This document shows positions 39,701-52,539 of a stretch of DNA of 64,000 bases, piece by piece. A program made the translations under genes and the position numbers. The notes below the pieces were generated by a model. That model was given only the letters and a program-made list of their open reading frames with translations, was not told where the DNA came from and made no database searches. Location of the stretch: positions 2,879,567-2,943,566 of the forward strand of contig MU053629.1 of NCBI GenBank assembly GCA_013239625.1, in the 5' to 3' direction. This DNA is from Lama guanicoe (lineage: Eukaryota). The first letter of the stretch is position 1; each line of letters opens with the position of its first letter.

Positions 39701-41421
39701 TACTTACATTTCATGGGGGTGGGTGGGGGGAGAGAGAGAACATTTTCCAATTCATTTTTATGATGTAAATATAAGAAAGGGAAATTATAGGCCAATATCA
39801 TTTATAAATATAGATATTAATTTTTCAATTGCTTCGGAGTCTCTTCCTTCCCAGTTTTAAGCTTGTCTGTGGCATAAGTTTCATTTTTACTGAAATGTGT
39901 TCCTTAACTCCCACCGTCTTTGGGGAAGCTGAACCGGACATGCCCAGTCTGCTGCTGGGTAGGAGCGGTCCTAGTATTGCTGAGTTAGCATCTGGAATCG
40001 GGCTCACAGAAATGCTTAGTGAACTCCTGGGTTTGTGCTGTGGCTAGGTATTTAAACTGTGGTTGTACACATCTGTGTCTGAAGAGGATAAACTAGGCCC
40101 CCAAAACTTCTTTTTTCCTTCCAAGTGAGTTAGGGTATGGGGAACACAGAGTTGGACAGGTGGCCTAGGTAGGAAATTTACCACTAAGACATCCCAGAAC
40201 TCTAGCTTTCATGCTAGTGTTCACACCAGAACCCCATTTCCCTTGGCGAGGAGCCATGCCTGTGAAAGTGTAGCCTTCTTCGATGAGGTTCCCTAACTCC
40301 CTCTTCCTGGTACAGAGAAGATCATCTAGGTAGGTAACCCCTTTCGGTGAGCTTCTCAGCCTCAAGTCTGTACTCTCACTGGGGAGGTTCTTAACATAAA
40401 GCTTGGCTCAGATGCTCCCCCATCCCAGCCTTGAGGCTCCCCCTTTTCCTAAGACTCTTGGCTATGAGTAGAGCATCTAGGCTCCCAGTGCCTGTTATTA
40501 TAAAGCCCCTTTCCACCTTCTCTCCGCCTTGTCAGTTTCCTTTGCTGCATGATGGCACACAGAGAGTGGAGCTTACAGGAGAAAAAGAAATGAACTAGGC
40601 ATGACACTGGAAACATGCTGCTTCTTGCTTATTAACTTTGAGCTGGAAATTAGGAGGTAAAGTATTTCTCATCCACAGGAAAAAGTTGTTTCACTTTAAA
40701 TTATACCACTGAAAGACATGTAGCAATTTCGGGGACGAAATGAACAATTTGGAGAATTTTGATCTCTTCTAGTCTTGGTTTGGATAGGGGCCAAGAGTGT
40801 GGAGCCTGAGGCTCAGGCACTGCATTTTTTTCATTTTCATCCAGCCACCTGTAATCTGTGGCCCTTCACTTAACCTAAAGGAATTAATTTATTTTTCATG
40901 TTGCAGTACAAGTCTCACTCTTGATGAGGTTTTCCTTAAACATTCTATTCCCATTATGTTCATTCTCAAGAATTCTTAACGCCCAACACCTAACTGCTCT
41001 TTTAGTCTTGAGCACATGTTACTTGATATTGTATGGTGTCTTCTCACAGGAAATGACTCATCTGCTCTGCTAGATTCTCTGCCTCCACAGCTCAGGGGCT
41101 ACATCTTAGAGATCTGTATATTCCCCATGGCACCATGTACCATTTGTCATGATCAGAATGGACTGATTCAGTATCTGATTTTCTGCACAGCAGAGCAGTT
41201 TAGGGTCCTTCTTGTAGGAGCCTGCAATCTCAGATGGATGCAGATAGACATTGAGAAGCCCTACAGAGACGTGAACACACGACCAAATATATCCTCTAGG
41301 GGAGGCACAGCATCGTAGGTTGAGTCCCCAAGGGGGGATGGAGGGAAGTAAGCCCCTGGTTTTAATTTTATTTTTCTCCTCATTAAAATACCCTTCTCGC
41401 ATCCTTGGTCTCTTTCCACAG

Positions 41422-41464
41422 AATCCTGCCATCAGCATCACTGAAAATGTGCTGCATTTCAAAG
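41422..41464 (+). CDS. HACD3: HACD3 exon 2: NPAISITENVLHFK
   Basis: 43 nt; ttccacag| and |gtcagt. Confidence 0.95.
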
Positions 41465-43327
41465 GTCAGTATCTGAGCAAATATTCCCAGCCTTCTACAC
41501 AGTTAAAGAGGCGTGATGGGGGTTGCTGTTTATTTTTATCTGTTTCTTTTATTCACTTTCTGTTGAAGCTCCCCTCTCTAATACTCTTGGAGTAAACTAG
41601 ATTGTTTTGAGCTCTGTGATTAGAAAAGTTAAGCATTTGTTTAACATCCTGCTTTCCCCTTGGAGAGGCAGTAAATGTAGGGAAAAGGATCCTGGGCTAG
41701 AAATCAGGAGATTGGTCTTCTAGCTCTAATTCTGTTACTACCTTGGACAACTTACTGACTTCTCTGGACCCATCAAATGAGGGTATTGGGTTATAGTCTG
41801 TGTTTCTCAAACTTGAGGATCCATGGACACCTGAACATGCGTCCACAGGATCCTCCAGGGCCATAGACCTTAGATTAAGAAACAAGTTAAGAATTAAATA
41901 TGGTCACCTCAAGTGATGTTTGTCTCCATTGCAGCTGTGAATGCAGACGCAAACACAGCCACTGAACTTGTGTGGTAGTACTGGATTATAATGTAGCCAT
42001 CTGGATGATCCAGAATACACTTTTAAAAAATACTATAACAAAAATAAAAAATAGAAATGTTCTTCATGAGGCTCCGTGGCTCCCTGATATTATTCTTAGA
42101 GACCAGTTTAGTGAACACTGCAGTCTAGGTGCTGTCTAAAGCCTTTCCAGCTCTGACAGTCTTTGATTCTGTGGATCTGTCCCCCATCTCCTTCCTCCCT
42201 AGTTCATCAGCAGATTTTCTGTTGTGCCTGAGAGGGTAGGTCTGGATTCACTGTTACCCGCTGGGGTGGGGTTCTCCCTGTTCTCTCTGTTCCAGTTCCT
42301 TTGAATGTCATTAGTAAGTGACTGGGGTTATGGGAGATTGAAGAATTTCTGCCTTATGTGAGACTCTGTCTACCTTAATATACTTGCCTGAAGGCACAGC
42401 CTGGCTTTTGTATTTACTTTTCAAGGTGAAAGCAGTTGAGGTAGCAGCTTAGATTTTGGGGGGAGTTAAATATTTGAAAGAAGTTAAAATGATGTATCTT
42501 GCCACACGGAGCTTATAGACTGTCCCACCTTAGAGAATTTATGATCTTAGAGCACAGTAATCACCTGTAGCACCTGTTAGGCAAATCATACCGTGTACGG
42601 CCAGATAAGGAAAGATAATCCCAGGAGGGAACCAAGGGGGAGAGTTAGGGGGCAGGGACGTCCCTCAGTCACTGGCTCGGAGGCACGGCACCTGCTTGCT
42701 GTGGGGAAAGGAGCCGTGTCAAGGCACAGGGATGGTGTGATGGTCAGCCGAGGACTTTCCTCCGAATTCCATTTGTCCTCTCTTAGGAATGAGCTGAGAA
42801 AATTGTCTCTTTTTTGTTCCATTTGTTCCACCCACATGTGTCAACTTCTTCATTTTCTATCCGTGGTTGGAAGGTGTTAAATTCAGAGCTTTCTTTGAGA
42901 CGGTCCAGCATTTCCATGTACCCTGCAGCTTTCTCTAATGGCAGTCAAGATAATACCCTCACTTGATTACTCTTTGCACTGGATTCAGAGCCAAAGTAAA
43001 TGTGAAAGTTAAATTTTTATCTATGGGATACCTTTGGCTTTGCTTTATGTGTTCTTTTTCCTGCCTCTTATTTGTACTGGGCATCATTGAGGCCACACTG
43101 GAAGATTAAGTAAATACTCTGGAACTGATTACCAGAAGAACAGAAGGAGATAAACTTTTGTCCAGGATTTAACTACTGAGCTTTTGAATAGCTCTGCTCG
43201 CAAGTCCCCACTCATTTTGGTAGGACCTGTTACTGTTTGCATACTTCTGAAAGAACTTCCCCAGGTTAATGTTTGGGCAGCCTTGCTCTGCTCAGGTTGA
43301 CTGTAACCGACATTTCTGTCTTTATAG

Positions 43328-43401
43328 CTCAGGGGCACGGTGCCAAAGGAGACAATGTTTATGAATTTCACCTGGAGTTCTTAGACCTTGTGAAGCCAGA
43401 G
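43328..43401 (+). CDS. HACD3: HACD3 exon 3: (A)QGHGAKGDNVYEFHLEFLDLVKPE
   Basis: 74 nt; tttatag| and |gtatgt. Confidence 0.95.
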
Positions 43402-44315
43402 GTATGTTCTTTTCTTCCTCACTTCCCTTACCATTTTGAGAAATAAATACTAGTAGCTTTGTGAAATGAGAAGCAAGGGTTGTGGGAAAGAAGATAAACC
43501 AAAGTAGAATGTGCTTCTTTTGTCTGGAACAGAGCCCAGCTGCAGAAGAAGAGGAATGTCAGAGAATCTGAGCTGACTCTTGAATCTGGGCTCTGCCATT
43601 TATTAGCAGCGTGAATAAGTTTCCTCATTTCGAGCTTCAGTTTCCCCATGTATTACACGAAGGATTGGGTTAAGTGATGGCTATGATCCTTTCCTGCTCC
43701 GAGATTCGTAATAGTCAGCAGAGAACCTGTCTTAGGCTTGCTTTGGAGGCAAAGGGAGAGGCCGTAAGATGAATAATGAGCTAGAACACCCCCTGAGAAT
43801 TTGAGGTTAGTTGAGAAGACTCAGTAGTGACCGAATGCTTGTGAAAAAGTTGTAACTGATCCAGTACAGTTTTGGCCTTGATGCAGGCCTTTCTGAAACA
43901 ATCCAGAGACTGTTGACCATTTGAATTGAGTCATCTTCATGGGAGGAAGATTTGGAAGGTAATGGTGCATTTGAGAGGGTGAATGGATGTGGTGCCTTGC
44001 TTGAGGTGGATCTGGCAGGACGTTCACGGTAGTTTCGTTAGGATAACCAGAACCGTCTACCTTTCTTACCCTGCTTTTCTCCTGTGTCATTCACTGGGGA
44101 ATGAAGAGAGAAGGACCGTTCAGTTCTCACTGGTTCTTCCTCACACCAACCCTTGGTCTAAATGTTTTCTTTACCTGAGGACTTGTAGCAACAGAGAAGG
44201 AAGCGAGAAAGCACACTGTGCAGCTTCTCTGTGCAGCCACACCGGATTGTGTGGTTTCCGGGGAAGAAGTGGGTGATGGGAGCGGGCATTCTCACATTCT
44301 CACTTTCTCTCCTAG

Positions 44316-44480
44316 CCGGTGTACAAACTGACCCAGAGACAGGTAAACATTACGGTGCAGAAGAAGGTGAGTCAGTGGTGGGAGAGACTCACCAAGCAGG
44401 AGAAGCGCCCACTGTTTTTGGCCCCTGACTTTGATCGCTGGCTGGACGAATCTGATGCGGAAATGGAGCTCAGAGCCAAG
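44316..44480 (+). CDS. HACD3: HACD3 exon 4: PVYKLTQRQVNITVQKKVSQWWERLTKQEKRPLFLAPDFDRWLDESDAEMELRAK
   Basis: 165 nt; ctcctag| and |gtcagt; p23-like W.RL...K...DF.RW.DE signature. Confidence 0.96.
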
Positions 44481-44629
44481 GTCAGTAAGGACCCGAGGAT
44501 CTAGACAGAAGTCATGAGGAACCCAGGTTATTCAGGCCACCTCATATCCTGTTAGGATCTGAAAGAATAAGGACAAAGTTATAAATTCACTGAAAGACCT
44601 GGAGACATGGTGTTATAGACGGTCATGTG

Positions 44630-45475
44630 TTTTGTATACTGACCCTCAGTTGGGATTTGCTTGATGTTTTTCTCATGATTAGACTAGGGAGTTGGGCTTT
44701 TGGCAGGAATCCCACAGAGATACAGTGCTTTTCTTAGCATGTCATATCAAGGGTATGTACTATCGACATGACTTACTGCTGTTGATACTAATTTTGAGCA
44801 TCTGGCTGAGGTATTTTGGGGCAGGTTTCTCCAGTGTAAGGTTTCTTTACTGCAATGTTTCTCCTCTCCTGTCTTTACTGTACTCTTTGGGAGGAAATCA
44901 CAATGCAGCCCACGCTTAAGGAGTCAGGAGTTACACTGCCTGTCCTTAGGGTGGAATATTTGCATACTTCACTTGGAGTTCTTCTGCATGGGAGATTTTT
45001 CTGTTCTCATTTATTTATTCAATCACTTATTTGTATCACTGTGTACTCATGAATATTTGTTTTATGATTTGGATTATAATCCGATACATGTTACTTACTT
45101 TCTTGCACAGATTGTTCCATCTTTGGCCACTGGAAGCTCTTGCAGTTGGCTCATATGTCCCTTTGCCACAGCTCCAACATCGTGAGGCGTTTTTTTTAAA
45201 GCATGGCCTCAGTTTCTGGCACTATCAGCTGTTTCAGGTTTATCTCCTATATTCCCTGCTCTGTTTTTCTTATTGGAGAATGGTAGTGGAAACCAAGATC
45301 TGGGTGCTAGGTCTGCTCATTGTTACTGGTGTGCCATTGCTTCTAGGCCCCCTCAGCTGATGGAACAAGAAAATACATATGTGTATACTAGCCCATACAT
45401 ATACATGTACCCATAAATATTTCTTTATGTATCCATCTATATCAGCCTAATATAAGTTCACATTGATGTTGGAGA
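44630..45475 (-). mobile_element. Old L1M (L1MB/MC-like) 3' UTR fragment
   Basis: Recognisable antisense L1M 3' UTR text; subfamily uncertain. Confidence 0.65.
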
Positions 45476-45880
45476 CATGATTTTAGCTTCTGGAAAATTA
45501 TGCTGTAGAAATCTTAAAAAATGAAACAGCAATTTATTTCCTGCCTGAAATCTCTATTTTGTTTCTCTGACCATGACAGATTTTCTGGATGTCTTTTCCA
45601 GCTCTTAAGATTTTAAGACTGACCACTTTGTAGTTTGGGAAGCCAGCTGATTGGTTTAATTCTGTGAGAACTAAATGGGCATTCCACATACTAGTGCTGC
45701 CCAGGAAGGAGGAGGCAGGCTTTTTGGTGCATGAGCTAGGACGTTTTCCCCAGTGAAGCGAGAACACAATTGGAGAAGGAGGTGGCTTTTAGGGAGTCAG
45801 ATCACTTATCCAAAATGTGGACTCCTGTAAGCATCTGGGAATTCTAACTTGTTCTTGGAAAACTTCTATCCAAATTCTAG

Positions 45881-45932
45881 GAAGAAGAACGCCTAAATAA
45901 ACTCAGACTTGAAAGCCAAGGCTCCCCTGAAA
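45881..45932 (+). CDS. HACD3: HACD3 exon 5: EEERLNKLRLESQGSPE
   Basis: 52 nt; ttctag| and |gtaagt. Confidence 0.95.
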
Positions 45933-46941
45933 GTAAGTTGCCCCGCCGCTGCGGCAGTTACCAGTTAACTATGACAGAGTTGGGGGAATGGATGAGTGTG
46001 AAACGGCAGTAGCGCTCATATTATGTAGGTGAATTTATGAGAAATGCTTAACGTCCAGTGCTTAAGCTGTACACACCCACATCACAAGCCTTACTTTTTT
46101 AATGTTCCCCTTCTGGCGGGGGCCTAACATTCATATAAGTACAGCAAGGGTGATGTAGCAGATTGGAAGAGCCTCGGTCTCCTGGACTGACCTAGTGATG
46201 GGTGGTCGCAAGTCCTGCCTAGACGTGGAAGTGACAGCATATGTCCATGACGATACTTCTTCCAGCCTGGTGTTTTTGTCCCAACTGAGATCTTAAGGGC
46301 TTTGGTTGTCAACCTTAAAAATGGAGAGTATTCTGTATAGTCCTGCTGTTCATTAAACTTTTAAAAATCCAGCTCTCTTCCTATCTGTCCAAGCAAGAAG
46401 CTCTGTAAGTGTTTTATCTTCGGGGTGTCATAGATTAAATTCAGCAGCTGTCTGTTAAATCCATGCTATATGGGAAGCACTGCACCAGGCCCTTGAGATG
46501 TGGAGCCAGTGAATCCATCATAGCACCTGTGCTTAGAGAGCTCCCATTCTGGTAGGAGGACCATGCTGAAAAGCAGAGTGAAGGAAGGATTCCTCCTATG
46601 TCCTACACTGAACGTTTCAAGTTGTGGTGGCACTTGATTGGCGTGCCAGGGAACATTTTAGAGCTGTGGTTTACAAAGCATGTTTCATGCTACCTCAGGG
46701 GTTCCCAGAGATGCTTTGGAAGGACAGGCCAAGCAAGCAAGTCCACTTCAATCAGAGCAGCTTGGCTTTTGTGTTTTATGTATTGGGTTTTTTTGAAAAA
46801 CAGGTTTTATTGCTTTAAAACAATTGAATAACCACTAATTTAGAGGAATTTTCTGCTTCAGAAAAGCAGAGGAAGGGAGAGGCTTAGTGGAGGTGAAGAA
46901 TAACGTAAAGAGGCCACCTTGAGATTTAAATTAATTTTGTT

Positions 46942-47104
46942 GGGAGAGGGTACAGCTCAGTGATAGAGCACGTGCTTAGCATGGATGAGGTCCTGGGTTC
47001 AATCCCCAATATCTCCATTAATAAAATAAAACAAATGAACGAATGAACCTGATTACCTCCCCTACCAAAAGATAAATTAAATAAATAACAATTTTATACT
47101 AAAA
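46942..47104 (+). mobile_element. tRNA-derived SINE (Vic-1-like)
   Basis: Same head and tail; TSD AAATTAATTTT on both sides. Confidence 0.88.
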
Positions 47105-48437
47105 AAATTAATTTTTGTGTGTGTTTTAGAGGGATTAACTTCTGAAATATGTAAAAAATTCATATATATGGATGGATTTTTTTAAGGATGTTAGAAAAAT
47201 ATTTTAACTGTCTTATCTAAATTCATAAAGTTTCTTGATGAAAAAAGTTCTTTATGATGGGGAAGTGTAATACATTTTGGGTGTTTTAAAGAAAAAAAAT
47301 TTTAATTAGTTAAACGTTACCAGAAGTCTGACTTCTTTTGGCCCCTTAGGATAAGGCTGCTTTTGATTGACCACGGAAAGCCTGATTATTTGAGTAGTAA
47401 CCAGTTGTCTATGCAGAGTATCTATGGAGCAGCACAGATATGTGGCTACAAAAATATGTAGATAGGAATAAATACGTAGCAGCAACATCCAAACTCCATG
47501 GCTCTTCTCAAGAATTATTCTTTCCTTTGTCCTATCGCTTTGACTCAACTGTAACTCTAAGCTCCTTACACTTCCTTAATTCCATAATTGGCTGTGTCTT
47601 CACCAGCCCTTAGGCTGTGGGCAAAATTAATGTCCCTTATTCTCCTTCCTGCCTCTCTCGGTTTGTAATTTTCCTCCTTTGTTTGTGTTCTCATTCTACC
47701 CACCTTTCAAAGCCCCGATGAGACACCATCTCATCCATTCAGCCTTGGCTGACTCATGTTGCTCCAGTCGAACGTCCTTTTCTCAACTTGAAATTTTCAA
47801 AAGATGTTATTTGTCACTCTTAGTCTTGTGATATAGTTTTTGGATTGTAAACTCTTTGAAGGCAGCGTCTTTACCGTCTTGAATCTCAGTAGTGCTACTC
47901 ATAGTTTCTTGCACATTGTAGGTGTTCAGTTAATACTTGGTTGAATGGATATATGATCAAATATCAGAATGTTTTTCATCACTGTTTCTCTCTCTTTGAA
48001 CTAGTTTGACTTGCATGACCTTATATAGTTCTAGAAAAGAAGAAACTGTAGATTATATCAAGATGACAAGAGCAAGAGCTGGATTTAGCTTTATTTCCCT
48101 TTAATGCTTCCTAAGCTAGTCAGTCATTCTTTGCCAGAAGTAATTTTCCTTTTTCCTTCTTGGATTTGTTATGTCTGTATACTTACCCCTTCAAGGCTAT
48201 GAGGGGAAAGACTGTTGAAAACATACCTTGGACTGTAATGTTCCTCAAATGTTTCCATATCTGTTTCTCTATAGGACCAGGAACGCAGGTTGGTGTGGGC
48301 CTGGGCCAGATACTTGTGGGGGAGCTTAGGGTACTCAAGTAGGAAAGAGGGATGAAGTCATCCAAGGATGCCCCCCACATCCCTCTCCCACTGTGACTAC
48401 TGCTTTTGACAGCTTACTGCCTTGCTTTACTTTTCAG

Positions 48438-48548
48438 CTCTTACAAGCTTGAAGAAAGGATACTTGTTCATGTATAATTTTGTGCAGTTTTTGGGATTCT
48501 CCTGGATATTTGTCAATATGACTGTGCGGTTCTTTATCCTGGGAAAAG
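48438..48548 (+). CDS. HACD3: HACD3 exon 6: (T)LTSLKKGYLFMYNFVQFLGFSWIFVNMTVRFFILGK
   Basis: 111 nt; ttttcag|; non-canonical donor AAG|gcaagt is required to keep frame into (E)SFYDTF. Confidence 0.93.
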
Positions 48549-48972
48549 GCAAGTACAGAATTTCAAAGCCAGTTTTTTCAGTAGTTTAGTCCACTGTTCA
48601 CCAAAAGTAACACTCTCTGCCTTTGGTATTAACAATAATCCCCCATATTTGTGTAGCACTTCATGCCTTTCATCGTACTTTCACATCCCTTACTTCCCAT
48701 GGCCTTGAGAAACAGGCAGACTGGATACTCCATCCATTTAACAGGTGAGGAAAGAAGCTTAGAGATGGTCAAAGAAATGATCCACATCCACCCAGCTAGC
48801 CAGAGGCACATCTTGGGCTAGAGTCCCTTTCTTATTCACTATTTGATAGTTCATTTATAACTAAATAAGTTGATGGGATTCTCCCAGTGTCAACATTATA
48901 CAAGCCCTAAAGGGATCTCACCCCTTTGGAGCCTACACAGATTCTCAAATGGACTATTCTAAAACTGAATGA

Positions 48973-49070
48973 GGGGAGGGTATAGTTCAGTGATAGAATG
49001 TGTGCCTAGCATGCATGAGGTTCTGGGTTCGATCCCCAGTACCTCAATTTAGATAAATAAAAATTTTTAA
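48973..49070 (+). mobile_element. tRNA-derived SINE (Vic-1-like), short form
   Basis: TSD AAAACTGAATGA at 48961 and 49071; lacks the ACCTAATTACCTCCCC tail module. Confidence 0.88.
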
Positions 49071-49409
49071 AAAACTGAATGAAAAGACTGTCACATAAAG
49101 ATATTAATTCTTGATAAATTAATTTACATTTTACCAGAATTCTGGCCAAGGTAAATGACAGTGGAATGTTTTTGAGAATATGATCTAAAGTATTCTGAAA
49201 TTTTATTGTGAACAATAAATAGATAATAAAAATTGGAGAAGAAACAGTAGGGGAGAGGATTTCTCTACCTGATATAAAAGATATGTGTATGATATGTATA
49301 TGATAAAAAAAAGAGTCATAAATCAATGGAAAGGATAGGAAATCTAATAATGTTTTCAAGGAAAATTGGTTAGGTGTGGGTGCATGAGGGAGGCAAAGAC
49401 AACAGTCAA

Positions 49410-50149
49410 GGGAACCCTCCTGCACTGCTGGTGGGAATGCAGTTTGGTGCAGCCATTATAGAAAACAGTATGGAGATTCCTCAAAAAACTAAAAATAAAC
49501 TTACAGTATGATCCAGCAGTCCCACTCCTGGGCATATATCCAGAGGGAACTTTAATTCAAAAAGATACATGCAACCCAGTGTTCATAGCAGCACTATTTA
49601 CGGTAGCCAAGACATGGAAACAACCTAAATGTCTATTGACAGATGACTGGATAAACAAGTTGTGATAAATTTGTACAATGGAATACTACTCATCCATAAA
49701 GAAAGAATAAAATAATGCCATTTGCAGCAACATGAATGGGCCTGGAGATTGTCATTCTAAGTGAAGTAAGCCAGAAAGAGAAAGAAAAATACCGTATGGT
49801 ATCACTAATATGTGGAATCTAAAAAAAAAAAAAAGACAAGTGAACTTATTTGCAAAACAGAAACAGACTCACAGACATTGAAAACAAACTTATGGTTATC
49901 AGGGTGGGGAGGGTGTAGGAAGGGATAAATTAGGAATTTGAGATTTGCAGATATTAACTACTATATATAAAATAAATAATGCATTCATACTGTATATAGC
50001 ACAGGGCACTATATTCCATATCTTATAGTAACCTATAATGAAAAAGAATATGAAAACGAATATATGTATGTATATATATGACTGAACTATTATGCTGTAC
50101 ACCAGAAATTGACACATTGTAAACTGACTATACTTCAAAAAAAAAAAAA
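49410..50149 (+). mobile_element. 5'-truncated L1 (ORF2 end, 3' UTR, poly(A)) nested in older L1M remnants spanning about 49200-50900
   Basis: Clear similarity to 54690-55379; ends in an A tail. Confidence 0.88.
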
Positions 50150-52539
50150 GATTAAAAGCATATTGATTTGAGCAGTATGGGGATGGAGGGTTGGTGGAAA
50201 ACTGCAGCAAATATCAGCAAGTGTTGATTTTTCTTTTACATATAAAGAACTTGTACAAATTGATTTTAAAATGTGAAAACTCCACACAGTAGGTAAATAA
50301 ACAGAAGTCATGCACAGGCAGTTCGTAAGAGGAAATAAAACTACTTCACCATACAGCAAAATGTTTAACTCAGTAATGAAGGAAACGAGAAACAAAATAC
50401 TATTTTTTATCTATCAGTTTTGCAAAGTTATAGAAGATACCTAATTCAAGGCAACATATGCTAAAATAAGCACAACAGTGGTTTCTGGGAGGGTACATAA
50501 GTACAGCTCTTTTGGAAAATCATTTTGCAAGGAGCATCAAGAACTTAAACTCTTCATATCCTTGAACTTGGTGGTTTCACTTCTGGAAATAGATTCTAAA
50601 GAAATAATTGAAACTGCAAGAAAAGCTTTTTCAAAAAGACATACATTATGGCATTCTTTTAATCAGTGACAAATTAGAAACTGCCTAAATGTCCATCAAT
50701 GAAGGATTGCTTTAGATTCTTCACTCAGTGGGATGTTGTGAAGCAAATATAAAATATTTAAACAGTTTGTAATAATATAGAAAAATACTTATAATTGGCT
50801 AAAAAAGGAATGTATAAATTTGTTCTAGAGTTTGATCACACAGTACAAAATGGAGAAAAAAATTGAGCCAATAAATGCGAAATGATTAGAAGAAAAGGTA
50901 CCATTTTCAAATGGTTTGAATGGATAATTTAAGATTTTTTCTTTATTTTATAAAGTAAATATGAAGAAAAATATAAGTATAATGGAAAATATAAACTATT
51001 TAAAAGGAGAAAAAAATCCTGTAGACCATTTTATTCTTCAGTTTTAAATTTTTCCACCTGAAGTTTGTAGAGGTGAATTGTAGTTAAGTCTAGAATCATT
51101 TGAAAGAAGTGCACATTGTTTTTCTGCTTTCTTAACACCTCGGAATTCTCCAAAACACAGCAGCAGGCTAATGAAAAACTCCTCAAATGCCTAGTATCTT
51201 ATGTGTAACCAGAGGTCTATAGATGAGTTATTTAAAGAAACAAATGAAATCTCAGAGTTATTTCAGATCTGTAGCTCTTACTACTATGGATTTATCACAA
51301 GTCCCATGGAATGAATAGGGACATTCAAATACATAAATAATTTATTTAACCTAACATAACTGGGTTGATTTTGAATGTTCCTGTGCAAGTCTGCTGGCGT
51401 TAGATGATCCTGTCCTAAAGCTGCTCAGTTACCTGAGTCTTGTGTTTAAAGTGAGCTGCCTGAATTTGTAATTTCTTGTTTTTGCTCTGAGCCCTTCCTA
51501 ACCACCTACTGGAATGGAGGTTCTGTTTTAATTCTTCCCTTATCAGACCTCAACGGTTGTAGTAAAGACCTGGGGCTTGCCCTCTGCAGTTTTCTCTTTT
51601 TCCTTAAAGGATGTTGGTGAATAGCAAATTCCACAAATGTACTTGTTTCTCCATGTAAACATGTCTGTACTTAATGTCTCATGCTAAGGAAATAGTAAAC
51701 TCTTGGTTTTATATAGAAACTCTTGCTTGAGTTTGTCTCTCTCTATTAAGGAATACTTATTTATTAAATAAATTAAACTTTTTTTCTAATTATAAAAATG
51801 TGTTAATTACCTAACGACATAAATGAAACAAAACAAAAAAGCTCTACCATAATCCCGTCTGTCAGAGCAACAGATTCTTGGCACCTTGTTGTATATATTT
51901 CCAGACCCACATAATTTAGGAACAGTTCCTAAAGTGGAATTATAAGATTAAAGGGCATATTGTTTTTAAGGATTCTGACATATACTGCCCAGAAAGAGCA
52001 TACTATTTATGCTACTACTATTTGAATCTATATCCATTAACGTATGAGTGCCTTTTAGTACTTACATAAAGTTTTTCCGTAGTATAAAATTAAAAGGACT
52101 GATTTAACAAAGTTTGGTAAATAGGGGAAAACCAGGGAGGAGGTGTGGGGGGGGGGATGGAAAGGGAAGTGAAGAAGCCATTGCCCATCACTATTAATAT
52201 TTCTATACATTTCCTTTTAGTCTTTTTTTCTCCTGCAGTTAAAAGTTATAATCATACTATGTGCACAGTTTTGCCTCTTGTTTTTAGAACAATATTATAA
52301 GCATGTTAATGCTATTAATACTTTATAACTATCATTTTAGAGATCAGATTTCTATTCTTGAGTTGAAACAAGGATGAATTTCCCATAAACTCAGGCAGAG
52401 CAACAAGATCTAATGTTTATTTACCATATGCCAAATCTTAAGTCTTAAATTTTCTAGTTCATGATAATGGAGGACCTCATTTTTCAAAGATAATTTGTCC
52501 AAGAAATTAAAAACTGAATCCCCTTAAAAAGGATACCAG

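Noticed and set aside
39936..39945. Perfect p53 half-site GGACATGCCC
   Set aside because: No adjacent second half-site; a lone decamer is expected by chance in 64 kb.
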